Of a stretch of DNA of 24,781 bases, positions 7,424 through 16,037 are shown one piece after another. A program made the position numbers and the translations under genes. Below the pieces are notes generated by a model. That model did not search any database and was not told where the DNA came from. It saw only the letters and a list, made by a program, of their open reading frames with translations. The stretch lies in the NCBI GenBank assembly GCA_964452145.1, contig CAYVLA010000013.1, positions 2,942-27,722 of the forward strand, given 5' to 3'. Each line of letters begins with the position of its first letter. The first letter of the stretch is position 1. This DNA comes from Candidatus Hadarchaeota archaeon. Lineage in GTDB: Archaea > CAYQAE01 > CAYVLA01.

Positions 7424-8317
7424 GTGGAGCTTGGAGAACTTGGAGAACTGATTGCTGTTGTGGGGAAGCGCTGGCCAATTCTTGCCAAGTTGAAGGAGGG
7501 AGAGTTCTACGTTGCCCAGCTGGCAACGGTGTTGGATAAGAAGAAACCGGATATGTCGAACTACCTCTCTGAACTGGAGCGAGCAGGGCTTGTCTCATCA
7601 AAGCTGGTCGGTGGGAGGAAGTACTTCGCACTCACTCGTCAGGGTCTGCGGATCGTGGAGGCACTGAGCCAGTCGGTTCAGGAAACGAAGCTGGTGATGA
7701 GAGAGCTGGATCCTGGCGCTGTCAGTCTGGTGCTTAGAGGTGCCGGGGATCCCGGCATCAAGAATGACACGGTGAAGGAGAGGCTCGCTCAGGGGTTCTT
7801 GTATCTTTGTGATCGGGGGATATGGAGGTATGATGAGGTTAAGCAGCTTTTTGTTCGGATCGTTCAGCATCCTGGCTCGTTTGATTCGGATGCGGGGAAG
7901 AGGTACAGGGACGGGATGAGGTCGGCGGTTCGACGGATGCTGGATGATGGGTCGGAGAGGTTGTGGGTGGTTCGAGAGCTTTATCCAGGCATCCTGCGAA
8001 ACGCGCAGGATAGGGATCTCCCAGACACGCTTCGAGGATTCTTTCTTGGGGTTCTCGGCGTATTCATCATTCCTTGTCCTGAGAAGAGGGGCGAGATCCT
8101 TGAGGTCTGCAAGGATGCCCTTTTTGGTGGCGGGCTCGGGGAGTCTGGGAAGGAGCAGGCCAGGGAGATCTTCTGTGAGTTCCTTAAGCCTGAGTTGTCC
8201 GAGTACAGGGACGGTCTGTTCGACTACCTGCTCGAGCAGGCAAACGGGGATGATCCGGGTGCTAGGGAGATGGCGGAGAGACTGGTTGGTGCATTCATAG
8301 ATGCGGCTGCGCGGTAG
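7424..8317 (+). CDS. ArsR-type wHTH protein with a helical (HEAT-like) C-terminal domain
   Basis: RWPILAKLKEGEFYVAQLATVLDKKKPDMSNYLSELERAGLVSSKLVGGRKYFALT is an ArsR-like wHTH; the remainder looks like amphipathic helices. Confidence 0.85.
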   Translation: MELGELGELIAVVGKRWPILAKLKEGEFYVAQLATVLDKKKPDMSNYLSELERAGLVSSKLVGGRKYFALTRQGLRIVEALSQSVQETKLVMRELDPGAVSLVLRGAGDPGIKNDTVKERLAQGFLYLCDRGIWRYDEVKQLFVRIVQHPGSFDSDAGKRYRDGMRSAVRRMLDDGSERLWVVRELYPGILRNAQDRDLPDTLRGFFLGVLGVFIIPCPEKRGEILEVCKDALFGGGLGESGKEQAREIFCEFLKPELSEYRDGLFDYLLEQANGDDPGAREMAERLVGAFIDAAAR

Positions 8318-8389
8318 CGCGGTAGCGGAGTGCGTGTATCCGTTCTCCTAGCTGGGTGCCGTCGACTTCTTTTCAAGTTCAAGGATAGG

Positions 8390-8512
8390 ATGGGTGGTTG
8401 GTTTGGGGTGGTCATGGTGATCGGTGCCGTGGTTATCGGCTGCCTTGTCTGCTGGTCGGTGTTCGTCCGCCGCAGGTGGGGACCTGCCGAGTTGTGGTGG
8501 TGTTGCGGTTAG
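8390..8512 (+). CDS. Possible 40-aa membrane peptide
   Basis: MGGWFGVVMVIGAVVIGCLVCWSVFVRRR...; hydrophobic stretch followed by RRR, but this may be a by-product of the G/T skew. Confidence 0.2.
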   Translation: MGGWFGVVMVIGAVVIGCLVCWSVFVRRRWGPAELWWCCG

Positions 8513-8521
8513 GGTTATAGG

Positions 8522-9490
8522 TTATAGGTCTAGTTCTGGAATGCAGCCTAGGTACTCCCTTCTCAGCTGTTCTCTGTCGATGTGGTAGTAGATGTCGATG
8601 GCATCTGTGGATCGTACATCTCCTCTCAGTTCCTTGACGTGTTCTCGTGCCATCCCGTTGCGTAGAAGCCATGTGGTGAACCAGTGCCTGCAGCAGTGGG
8701 GTGAGAAGTGGTCTTTCGGGTTGTTGGATTGGGGATCGTGGAGCCCGACTCTTTCTGCGGCGCTGGTCACTATGTTGTAGACTATGTTTCTGCCGATGCG
8801 TCTGCCTTTGTCTCCTGTGAAGAGGGCTTTCTCGCCCTTCTCGGCCGTGGATTCCCTGACGCGGAGCCAGGAGCGGAGGATTCGGCCTGTCTCGTCGTCG
8901 AAGAATACTGTGAGGCTGCTTCGTTTGTGTTGGGGTTTGAGCCGGATTGCTTGGTTTTCCCACTCTATGTCGTCGAGATCCATCTGGACAAGCTCGTTTC
9001 TCCTGACGCCAGTTTTGGCTAAGAGGGTTAGGACTGCCTTGCCCCGTATGTTGACGGTTGATCGGATCACTCGTGACATCTCCTCGATGGAGATTAGCTT
9101 TCTTGGGGATTCGGATCTGCGCCTTTTCTCCCTGTCTGCGCTTCGTAGGTAGCGTTTCCTGAAGGGCAGGACGGGGTTATGGTCTGCCAGTCCTTCCAGT
9201 GCGAGGTATTCGTAGAAGGTTGAGATCGCTGCGAAGTAGTTCCCTACCGTGCTTGATGAAAGCCTCCTTTGCCTGAGCTGTGTGAGGAAGAGTCTTAGCT
9301 CTTCCAGCCCGACGTGGAGGGGGTCAGCATCGATCTCGTTGAGGTAGGTGAGGAATGTCCGGACGTCGGATCTGTAGCTTCGCAGGGTTTCGCTTGTCAT
9401 TCCGCGCAACTCACAGTCTGCCACGAAACTGGTAAGTAGGTCTCGGGGTCTGTCTGTCGGTCTGGTGATGGTTGCGATGGCTTGGCTCAT
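8522..9490 (-). CDS. XerA/XerC-like tyrosine recombinase (integrase)
   Basis: N-terminal SAM-like domain (SETLRSYRSDVRTFL); R (KTGVRRNEL), K (HKRS), HxxR (HCCRH), Y (DIYYH); RGD stands in place of LGH. Confidence 0.95.
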   Translation of the reverse strand: MSQAIATITRPTDRPRDLLTSFVADCELRGMTSETLRSYRSDVRTFLTYLNEIDADPLHVGLEELRLFLTQLRQRRLSSSTVGNYFAAISTFYEYLALEGLADHNPVLPFRKRYLRSADREKRRRSESPRKLISIEEMSRVIRSTVNIRGKAVLTLLAKTGVRRNELVQMDLDDIEWENQAIRLKPQHKRSSLTVFFDDETGRILRSWLRVRESTAEKGEKALFTGDKGRRIGRNIVYNIVTSAAERVGLHDPQSNNPKDHFSPHCCRHWFTTWLLRNGMAREHVKELRGDVRSTDAIDIYYHIDREQLRREYLGCIPELDL

Positions 9491-10005
9491 TCAATCCACC
9501 TCCATCCTTTGGCCGTGGGTCTGACAAGGCCCCATGTCTGGAGGCTGACAAGTTGGTTGGATATGGCGGTTACGGAGTCGGTTTCGGTTGGTTGGATGGC
9601 GAGTCTTGAGAGGAGTTGGTCGTCTGTGAGTGGTCCCTCTGATCTGAGGAGTTGGACTAGTTTGGTTTCGTATGTGCGGGTGCCTGGTTGTTCGATTTCG
9701 AGCCATTGTTTTTCGCGGAATCTTCGGTTCTCTTTTTCGAGTTTGTCCACGGCGTGTTCGAGTATGCGGTTCTGTTTTCTCAGCTGGTTGTTCTCTTCTT
9801 GGAGGGTCTGTATCTTTCTGTGTAGTTCGGCGCGTGGTTGGTATTGTTCTTGGGATTCCTGTGCTAGGGAGTTTTCGACGTGGTCGGCGACGAATCTGGA
9901 GATGGAGGCCTTGGATTTGTGGGCAAGGTTCTTCCACTTGGTGGCTTGTTCCTGTGTAGGGAGGTATACGTATATTGCCCTGGGTTTGACGTTCTTGATG
10001 ACCAT
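9487..10005 (-). CDS. Ribbon-helix-helix protein with coiled coil and C-terminal winged helix
   Basis: RAIYVYLP...KWKNLAHKSKASISRFVADHVENSL (RHH), heptad region, then ISNQLVSLQTWGLVRPTAKGWRW; ATGA overlap with the integrase start. Confidence 0.85.
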   Translation of the reverse strand: MVIKNVKPRAIYVYLPTQEQATKWKNLAHKSKASISRFVADHVENSLAQESQEQYQPRAELHRKIQTLQEENNQLRKQNRILEHAVDKLEKENRRFREKQWLEIEQPGTRTYETKLVQLLRSEGPLTDDQLLSRLAIQPTETDSVTAISNQLVSLQTWGLVRPTAKGWRWIE

Positions 10006-10027
10006 AGGTGTGGCATGCGCGGCCAGA

Positions 10028-10043
10028 CTATTTAAGTTTTACT
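10028..10043 (-). promoter_or_regulatory. BRE/TATA promoter for the leaderless RHH-integrase operon
   Basis: Minus strand GTAAAACTTAAATAG ends ~24 nt before ATG 10005. Confidence 0.7.
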
Positions 10044-10050
10044 AGTAGAA

Positions 10051-10138
10051 TGGTGCGGGGGGTGGGATTTGAACCCACGTAGGCCTTCGCCGCTGGATCT
10101 TAAGTCCAGCCCTTTTGCCCGGTCTCAGGTACCCCCGC
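10051..10138 (-). tRNA. tRNA-Leu(UAA), CCA encoded, no intron
   Basis: GCGGGGG acceptor stem pairing with CCCCCGC-A-CCA; anticodon arm CTGGA-CTTAAGA-TCCAG; long variable arm; GTGGG-TTCAAAT-CCCAC T arm. Confidence 0.97.
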
Positions 10139-10247
10139 AGGCGTCCATTCCTGCCCAGCCGGCCTGAAAACTGTTAACCGCGCCAAGACTGGAAGAGCTA
10201 TATCTAGGCCCTTCGGCAGAGGGAGGAGTCGGATCGGTGGCTGAGTC

Positions 10248-10346
10248 ATGATCCTCGAAAAGACCCATCTCCTGGCCAACGTCCTTCTCGCCCTCCTGGC
10301 GGTGCTCGTCATCGTTGCGATCTACGCGGCTCTGCGAAGGAAGTGA
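10248..10346 (+). CDS. 32-aa single-pass membrane peptide
   Basis: MILEKTHLLANVLLALLAVLVIVAIYAALRRK; host-like GC3-rich codons, TATA-like CTATATCT at ~10198, directly upstream of the radical SAM gene. Confidence 0.6.
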   Translation: MILEKTHLLANVLLALLAVLVIVAIYAALRRK

Positions 10347-10373
10347 GGAGCACTCAGCTGGTAGGTGCTGCTG

Positions 10374-11483
10374 ATGAGGCGGACGAGGTTTGGCTCTTAC
10401 CTGGTAGGCGAGCTCCCGGAGGGATGCCGGCTTTGCACAAAGGGGGCCAAGCTCGTCCTGTTCGTCACCGGGCTCTGCGATCGGAGGTGCTTCTACTGTC
10501 CCCTTTCCCCTCAGAGGAAGGGGCTGGATGCCATCTATGCCAACGAAAGGCCGGTTCGGTCCAAGGAGGACGTCCTCGAGGAGGCCCGCCTGATGGATGC
10601 GCTGGGAACCGGCATGACGGGGGGTGATCCTCTTAAGGTCCCGGACAGGACTCTGGATCTGCTTACCACAATCAAGGCCCATCTGGGGCGTGAGCATCAC
10701 GTTCATCTCTACACCGCCCAGAACGGAGTTGGCCACGGGCTGCTGAGCTCCCTCAAGGATGCGGGGCTGGACGAGCTCAGATTCCATGCAACAAGGTCCC
10801 ACCGGAGGGCCATGGCCCATGCGGCCGATCTAGGCATCAGGACCGGCGTCGAGATCCCGGCAATCCCCGGAGAGGTCGAGCAGATGAAGAAAATAGCGCA
10901 GATGGCTCAGGCCTGCGGCTGCACGTTTCTGAACCTTAACGAGCTTGAGATGTGCGAGACTACGAGTCGAAGCTTCCGGGCCCGGGACCTGAGGTTGATT
11001 AACGAAGAGTCCATGGCCATTGCCGGTAGCCTTGAGGCCGCCTTGGAGGTAGCGGAGTTCTGCGAGGATTACACTTCTCTGAACGTTCACGTCTGTCCCT
11101 CCAGGCTCAAGGATGCCGTGCAATTGCGGAACAGGCTCGGGCGCCTGGCCTTGAACGTCCGGAAACCCCACGAGCGTGTCGATGAGGACAATCTGCTTGT
11201 GAGGGCGGTGGTCGTTCCGCGCGTGCCTGCCTGTGACGAGGACATGGCGCGCCTGGCTGTCAACCTATGCAGGGAGCTTGGGGTCGACGCGGACCTGGTG
11301 GCCTACAATCCCGAAAGGAACCGGATCGAGACCCTGCCCGAACTGGCCGAGGACGTGGCCTTGCTCGTCGATGAGTCGGAGTTCGAGGTGGCCCTGACCG
11401 AGGAGTACCCGACCTGGGATCGCCTTGAGACGGAGAGAAGACCCATAAACCGTCCTCGCCGTGCGAGCGATCAAACATATTAG
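10374..11483 (+). CDS. Conserved archaeal radical SAM protein (PFL-activase-related, uncharacterised)
   Basis: GELPEGCRLC...LFVTGLCDRRCFYCPLS (CxxxCxxC), TGGDPL, FLNLNELE, EEYPT; start placed at ATG 10374 after GGTAGGTG. Confidence 0.92.
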   Translation: MRRTRFGSYLVGELPEGCRLCTKGAKLVLFVTGLCDRRCFYCPLSPQRKGLDAIYANERPVRSKEDVLEEARLMDALGTGMTGGDPLKVPDRTLDLLTTIKAHLGREHHVHLYTAQNGVGHGLLSSLKDAGLDELRFHATRSHRRAMAHAADLGIRTGVEIPAIPGEVEQMKKIAQMAQACGCTFLNLNELEMCETTSRSFRARDLRLINEESMAIAGSLEAALEVAEFCEDYTSLNVHVCPSRLKDAVQLRNRLGRLALNVRKPHERVDEDNLLVRAVVVPRVPACDEDMARLAVNLCRELGVDADLVAYNPERNRIETLPELAEDVALLVDESEFEVALTEEYPTWDRLETERRPINRPRRASDQTY

Positions 11484-11516
11484 GCGCGGCGCTGGATCAA
11501 CGCCGAGGATTGAAGC

Positions 11517-11990
11517 TTGTCCAAGACCGAGATCAGGGTCGAGACCTTGGATTACGGCCCGGAGGTGCTCCTGCAGAAGAGGGGACTTCGCGACCAGATG
11601 ATCAAGGTGCTCATGGGCCTCGACGTGCTGGTGGACCGTAGCCCGTCCATGGACGATGATTTCTGGGGCCTGCTCCGATCCGAGATCGGCAGGGCCGGGC
11701 TGAGTTGCGACGATCTTCCGAGGTCATCGGTTCAGAGAGGCACGGGGGCCACCGGGTCGGTCATCGTTCTGCACGGGGACAGCCTCAGAAAGGTCCTTGA
11801 ATGCGTCGGCGCGGCCATAGATCTGTGGATGATGCATGGGCACAGCCGCGAGAGGATGATCGAGCTGGAGTTCGTGGTCGGAAGGGACCGTGGGATGGAG
11901 CGTGCCGAGATCAGAGGCCCTGCCCAGTCCACGCGGGATGCCCTGAAGATCGGCATGGATGGCTTCTCCGAGATCGGCAGAACCCACTAG
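11517..11990 (+). CDS. Hypothetical protein (157 aa)
   Basis: Fills the gap with host-like codon usage; GAGG before the TTG start. Confidence 0.7.
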   Translation: MSKTEIRVETLDYGPEVLLQKRGLRDQMIKVLMGLDVLVDRSPSMDDDFWGLLRSEIGRAGLSCDDLPRSSVQRGTGATGSVIVLHGDSLRKVLECVGAAIDLWMMHGHSRERMIELEFVVGRDRGMERAEIRGPAQSTRDALKIGMDGFSEIGRTH

Positions 11991-12091
11991 CCGACCCATC
12001 GGCTTTAGAGCGGGACATTATCGATTATAATTTTCGCAATGGTTCTATAGCCGATCACATTTTTATATACCGGGGCCCATTTTCGGCCGTA

Positions 12092-13099
12092 ATGGTTTCC
12101 ATGGAGACCAGGCGGGTTCAACTCATCGGCGGGTCGACCTACGTAGTCTCACTGCCTAAGAAGTGGGTCAAGGAGTCCCAGATAGGCAAGAAATCCGAGA
12201 TAGGCCTGATCGCCCAGAAGAACGGATATCTGGTCGTCGTCCCCGTGCCCAAGATCCTAGAGGACCAGAAGGAGGGCATCGTCAGGGTCAACGATGGCGA
12301 TGACCACAAGTTCATCTCTCGGTCCATCATCGCCCGCTATCTCAACGGCTGCGACATCATCAGGGTTGCCTCGGAGAAAAGGCTCACCGTCGCTCAGATC
12401 GAGGAGGTCAAGTCAACTGCCCGCAAACTGATAGGTCTGGAGACGATCGAGGAGAGTTCCAACGAGATCGCTCTTCACAGCTTCCTGAACCTCCAGGACC
12501 TGGAGATCCCGAAAGGCATCAGACGGGCCCACGCCATAGCGTCCTCAATGCAGAGCGACGCCATGAAGGCACTCCAGGAATCCGACCCCGAGCTTGCCCG
12601 CAGCACCATCCAGAGGGACAGCGATGTGGATCGACTGTACTTCCTCACCCTTAGACAGCTCAGGCTTGCCTGCCTGAATCCGGACCTTGCTAATCGTCTC
12701 GACCTGGAACCGGTCAACTGCTTGGATTTTGAATCGGTGATCAAGAGGATCGAACACATAGCCGATCACGCGGAGCGCATGGCCGTTCACGTTCTCGAAC
12801 TGTCGGAGGTGAAGGTGGCCAGCCGGGTCGTTGAGGGCCTCGTGGACATCAACAACGACTCCCTCCGCATCCACACCGGGGCCATGGAGGCCCTCTTCAC
12901 CGGGAACGTGGAGCTGGCCAACTATGTGATAGACCTCAGAGACGGAACAAGGGAGAAAAGGGTCGGAATGGGCAAGCATCTGGTTGGCTCTTCGGTCATG
13001 GTTAACATCAAGGTCAACGCCATGCTGGACAGCATGGAGAGAATAGCCGACTATGGGACCGACATCGCCGAGGTCGCCATCAACCAGTTCAAGGGCTAG
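12092..13099 (+). CDS. phoU: Archaeal phosphate uptake regulator, AbrB domain plus PhoU repeats (start 12092 or 12101)
   Basis: ETRRVQLIGGSTYVVSLPKKWV AbrB motif; RDSDVDRLYF, IEHIADHA, MERIADYGTDIAE PhoU motifs; TTTTATATA TATA at 12061. Confidence 0.92.
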   Translation: MVSMETRRVQLIGGSTYVVSLPKKWVKESQIGKKSEIGLIAQKNGYLVVVPVPKILEDQKEGIVRVNDGDDHKFISRSIIARYLNGCDIIRVASEKRLTVAQIEEVKSTARKLIGLETIEESSNEIALHSFLNLQDLEIPKGIRRAHAIASSMQSDAMKALQESDPELARSTIQRDSDVDRLYFLTLRQLRLACLNPDLANRLDLEPVNCLDFESVIKRIEHIADHAERMAVHVLELSEVKVASRVVEGLVDINNDSLRIHTGAMEALFTGNVELANYVIDLRDGTREKRVGMGKHLVGSSVMVNIKVNAMLDSMERIADYGTDIAEVAINQFKG

Positions 13100-13613
13100 C
13101 GCCAGGCAGGAGGTCGCTGTAGGACACCAGCACGACGTCCTCCGGCGCCAAGCCAAAGCGCTTCGTCAGATCCCGCACCCGTTCCTCCGCTTCCGCAGAC
13201 ACCTGTGCCACGACCTCCGCCTCGAATTCGATGAAGCAGCCGAGGCCAACGACCTCGTCCAGGTTTATCTTGGTCCTGCCAAGCCCGTAGACCTCCCTCT
13301 TCTTGGCCACCCTGGCCTTCACGCCAAGTGCGCAGGCCAACACCCTCTTCAGCTCGGAGGCATCGTCGTGTCTGGACAGCTCATAGTCGCAGTCCCTTCT
13401 CTCCCCCGTCTCGACTCGCCTGTACCATACCAGTTCCGATGGTGCGCCAGCGATCTCTCGGAGCTTGAGCCTGCCGGAGGGCACGCTGAAGTAGGTGTCG
13501 ACCTGCTCCTCGGCCCCTAAGCGTTCTGCACCGAGCTGCTCCAGAATCTGCCTTGCCTTCCCGGGATCGGCGCAGCGGGCCTTCAGCTCCACGTTGGTCG
13601 GGATGTCCGCCAC
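13089..13613 (-). CDS. cyaB: CYTH / class IV adenylate cyclase-like triphosphate tunnel metalloenzyme
   Basis: NVELKAR, QVDTYF, RLKLRE, KKREVY, DEVVGLGCFIEFE, SYSDLL. Confidence 0.92.
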   Translation of the reverse strand: MADIPTNVELKARCADPGKARQILEQLGAERLGAEEQVDTYFSVPSGRLKLREIAGAPSELVWYRRVETGERRDCDYELSRHDDASELKRVLACALGVKARVAKKREVYGLGRTKINLDEVVGLGCFIEFEAEVVAQVSAEAEERVRDLTKRFGLAPEDVVLVSYSDLLPGASP

Positions 13614-13649
13614 CTCTCGCCAAGGTTGAAGGGCCGTCGGGTCATGGAT

Positions 13650-14069
13650 CTAGAAGCCTGGGCTCTTCAGGTACTTGAAGAGCTTGTCCAGCTCGCCCAG
13701 GACGGCGTTCATGCGCTCCACCGCGTTCTGGAGCTCCTGTATGTCACCCTGGGTTGCATGGATCTTGGTCTTCATCAGAGGGACGTCTCCAAGCTTGGAA
13801 CCCATCTCGCCGACGAGGGCCTGCATGTCCAACACTCTGGATCTGATGTCGGCCATCTCGGCCCTGATCTCGGAGGTCCTCTGGTCCACGGCCGTCGTAT
13901 GCTCGTCCAGCTTGAGGAAGATGCTCTGGAGGGTCTGGTAGTCCTGCCTCGCCTTCGACAGCTGCTCGGCGACATCCGCGAGCTTCCCCAGGATATCCCC
14001 CGCCCTTAGTTCTCTGATCTCGTCGATCGCCTCAACGGGCTTCTTCCTCCCAAGACCTAACGGAGGCAT
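13650..14069 (-). CDS. Coiled-coil hypothetical protein (139 aa)
   Basis: ATG 14069 after GGAGGG and a TTTTTATT TATA; heptad-rich sequence. The ORF-track extension to 14453 overlaps gltX. Confidence 0.8.
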   Translation of the reverse strand: MPPLGLGRKKPVEAIDEIRELRAGDILGKLADVAEQLSKARQDYQTLQSIFLKLDEHTTAVDQRTSEIRAEMADIRSRVLDMQALVGEMGSKLGDVPLMKTKIHATQGDIQELQNAVERMNAVLGELDKLFKYLKSPGF

Positions 14070-14205
14070 CGAAGTCCCTCCATGGCTATTCAATAAAAAG
14101 GTTATTGAGCCAAACGCTACTGCAACTGTAGCCCGCTGGACCCGATCGGCTTCGATGTGAGTCGGTGAGAGCAACATATATACCGCAGCCGGCCAGCTAG
14201 GGGCA

Positions 14206-15885
14206 ATGCAGCGAGATCTGCCCCTGGAGGAGTTGATAAGGGGCCTTGCACTCCGGAACGCGGTCGAGCACGACGGACAGGCCAAGCTGTCATCCGTCTT
14301 GGGGGCGGTCTTCGCGGCCAGGGAGGAACTCAGATCCAACCCAGGCCCGGTTGCCAGGATGGCCGGGGCCATCCTGAAGGAGGTCAACTCGATCTCCTTG
14401 GAAGAGCAGAGGGCCAGACTGGCCACTTTGACGGTTCCGCTCGGACAGGACAAGGCGCGGTCGGGCCTTCCCGATCTTCAGGGAGCGGTGAGGGGCCAGG
14501 TGGTGATGAGGCTTGCACCCTACCCTTCTGGCCAGCTTCACCTAGGCCGGGCCAGAATGGCCATCCTCAACGATGAGTACGTGAAGCGATACGATGGCAA
14601 GCTCATACTCGTGATCGATGACACGGCTGGTTCGGCCGAGAAGATACCAATCGCTGAGGCATACGAGGGCATACCCAGGGATCTAGAGTGGCTCGGCGTC
14701 GGGGTAGATCAAACGATCTACAAGTCGGATCGTTTGGAGATCTTCTATCCATATGCACGCACCTTTCTACAGAAGGGCTGGGCATACGTGTGCACCTGCA
14801 AGGCCGAGGAGCTTAGGCGCAACCGGGCCGAGGGGAGGGAGTGTGCATGTCGGTCTAGGTCGACCGACGAGAACGTATCGGAATGGGGCAGGATGCTTTC
14901 CGGGGAATATGACGAAGGCCAAGCCGTGGTTCGGCTCAAGACGGATATGACGGACCCGGACCTTGCCTTCCGGGACAGGGTACTCCTCAGGATAAGCGAG
15001 CGTTCCCACCCCAGAGTCGGAAGGCGATACAGGGTCTGGCCCATGCTGGAGTTTTCATGGGCGATCGACGACCACCTCCTCGGCATCACGCATGTGCTGC
15101 GCGGGAAGGACCTCATGATGGAGGACAAGATGGAGCGGTTCATGTGGGATCTGCTGGGTTGGCCCCAACCTGTCATAGTCCACCACGGCATGCTTCGCAT
15201 AGCGGATGCCAAGATAAGCAGCTCCGAGTGCCGTCGTCGAATCGAGGCCGGCGAGTACGAGGGATGGGACGACCCGAGAACATGGACTCTGGGATCCCTG
15301 AGGATCCGGGGCATACTTCCGGAGGCCATACGTTCCTTCGTTGTGTCCTGCGGTCTGTCTCAGACGGATGTGCAGGTGCCGGTCGAGAACCTGTACGCCG
15401 AGAACCGGAAGCTCATCGATCCGCTGGCGAACCGCTACAATCTGGTGCGGGATCCGACAGGGATCCGGGTCCTGGACGCGCCGCCCGTGCGGCAGGCCGT
15501 GCTTGGGCTTCACCCCGACTTCGAGGAGAGAGGCGTGCGCGTCGTCCCGGTGGACCCCAACTGCATCTACATAGACGGGGCGGATATGAAGAGGTTCCGC
15601 GGCCTGACCGTCAGGTTGAAGGATCTTTACAACGTGGTGCTCGAGCCGGAAGCCAGGTACGCCGGCTCGGGTCTGGAACAGTCCATGCCCAAGATCCAGT
15701 GGGTATCGGTGCCAAACGCACCGGTACAAGTGGTAATGCCTGACGGGACCCGGGTGGACGCGTTGGCCGACCCGGGGGTGGCCGAACTGGGCCCGAAGAC
15801 GACGGTGCAGTTCATCCGTTTCGGCTTCTGCAGGCTGGACGATGGCTCGGCCACCGTGCCGGTGTTCAGATACGCCCATGGTTAG
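14206..15885 (+). CDS. gltX: Glutamyl-tRNA synthetase (archaeal type)
   Basis: MRLAPYPSGQLHLG, AYVCTC...CACR, DDHLLGITHVLRGKD, GWDDPR, QFIRFGFCRLD; ATATATA box ~24 nt upstream (leaderless). Confidence 0.97.
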   Translation: MQRDLPLEELIRGLALRNAVEHDGQAKLSSVLGAVFAAREELRSNPGPVARMAGAILKEVNSISLEEQRARLATLTVPLGQDKARSGLPDLQGAVRGQVVMRLAPYPSGQLHLGRARMAILNDEYVKRYDGKLILVIDDTAGSAEKIPIAEAYEGIPRDLEWLGVGVDQTIYKSDRLEIFYPYARTFLQKGWAYVCTCKAEELRRNRAEGRECACRSRSTDENVSEWGRMLSGEYDEGQAVVRLKTDMTDPDLAFRDRVLLRISERSHPRVGRRYRVWPMLEFSWAIDDHLLGITHVLRGKDLMMEDKMERFMWDLLGWPQPVIVHHGMLRIADAKISSSECRRRIEAGEYEGWDDPRTWTLGSLRIRGILPEAIRSFVVSCGLSQTDVQVPVENLYAENRKLIDPLANRYNLVRDPTGIRVLDAPPVRQAVLGLHPDFEERGVRVVPVDPNCIYIDGADMKRFRGLTVRLKDLYNVVLEPEARYAGSGLEQSMPKIQWVSVPNAPVQVVMPDGTRVDALADPGVAELGPKTTVQFIRFGFCRLDDGSATVPVFRYAHG

Positions 15886-16037
15886 TGGGCATCCGCCAAT
15901 GCTCCCACGTCACCAGCGTTTGTTACCTTACCGGAGGCACCGAGTCCGACACATACGCTACAGCTTGCCCTAACCGGAGCGAGGCCGCGATCCGCGATCG
16001 TCCGCTCCAGCCTTCGTCGAGACAAGCTGGATCGGCA

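Larger units (their letters stand above)
1..10050. mobile_element. Composite integrated element/genomic island at the tRNA-Leu 3' end (left end outside the window)
   Basis: Two integrases, accessory nucleases, compositional shifts; begins immediately after the tRNA CCA end. No duplicated tRNA 3' fragment seen in the window. Confidence 0.8.

Noticed and set aside
1870..10005. Integron with attC cassette array
   Set aside because: Neither integrase shows a recognisable IntI-specific insertion and no repeated attC (RYYYAAC...GTTRRRY) hairpins were found.
3380..10209. 11-bp direct repeat TATATCTAGGC at 3380-3390 and 10199-10209 as an att pair
   Set aside because: The second copy lies beyond the tRNA on the host side and coincides with a probable TATA box; likely chance.
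11801..12091. N-terminal extension of PhoU in the 432-aa ORF
   Set aside because: Overlaps the preceding gene and the TATA box; family homology starts at METRRVQ.
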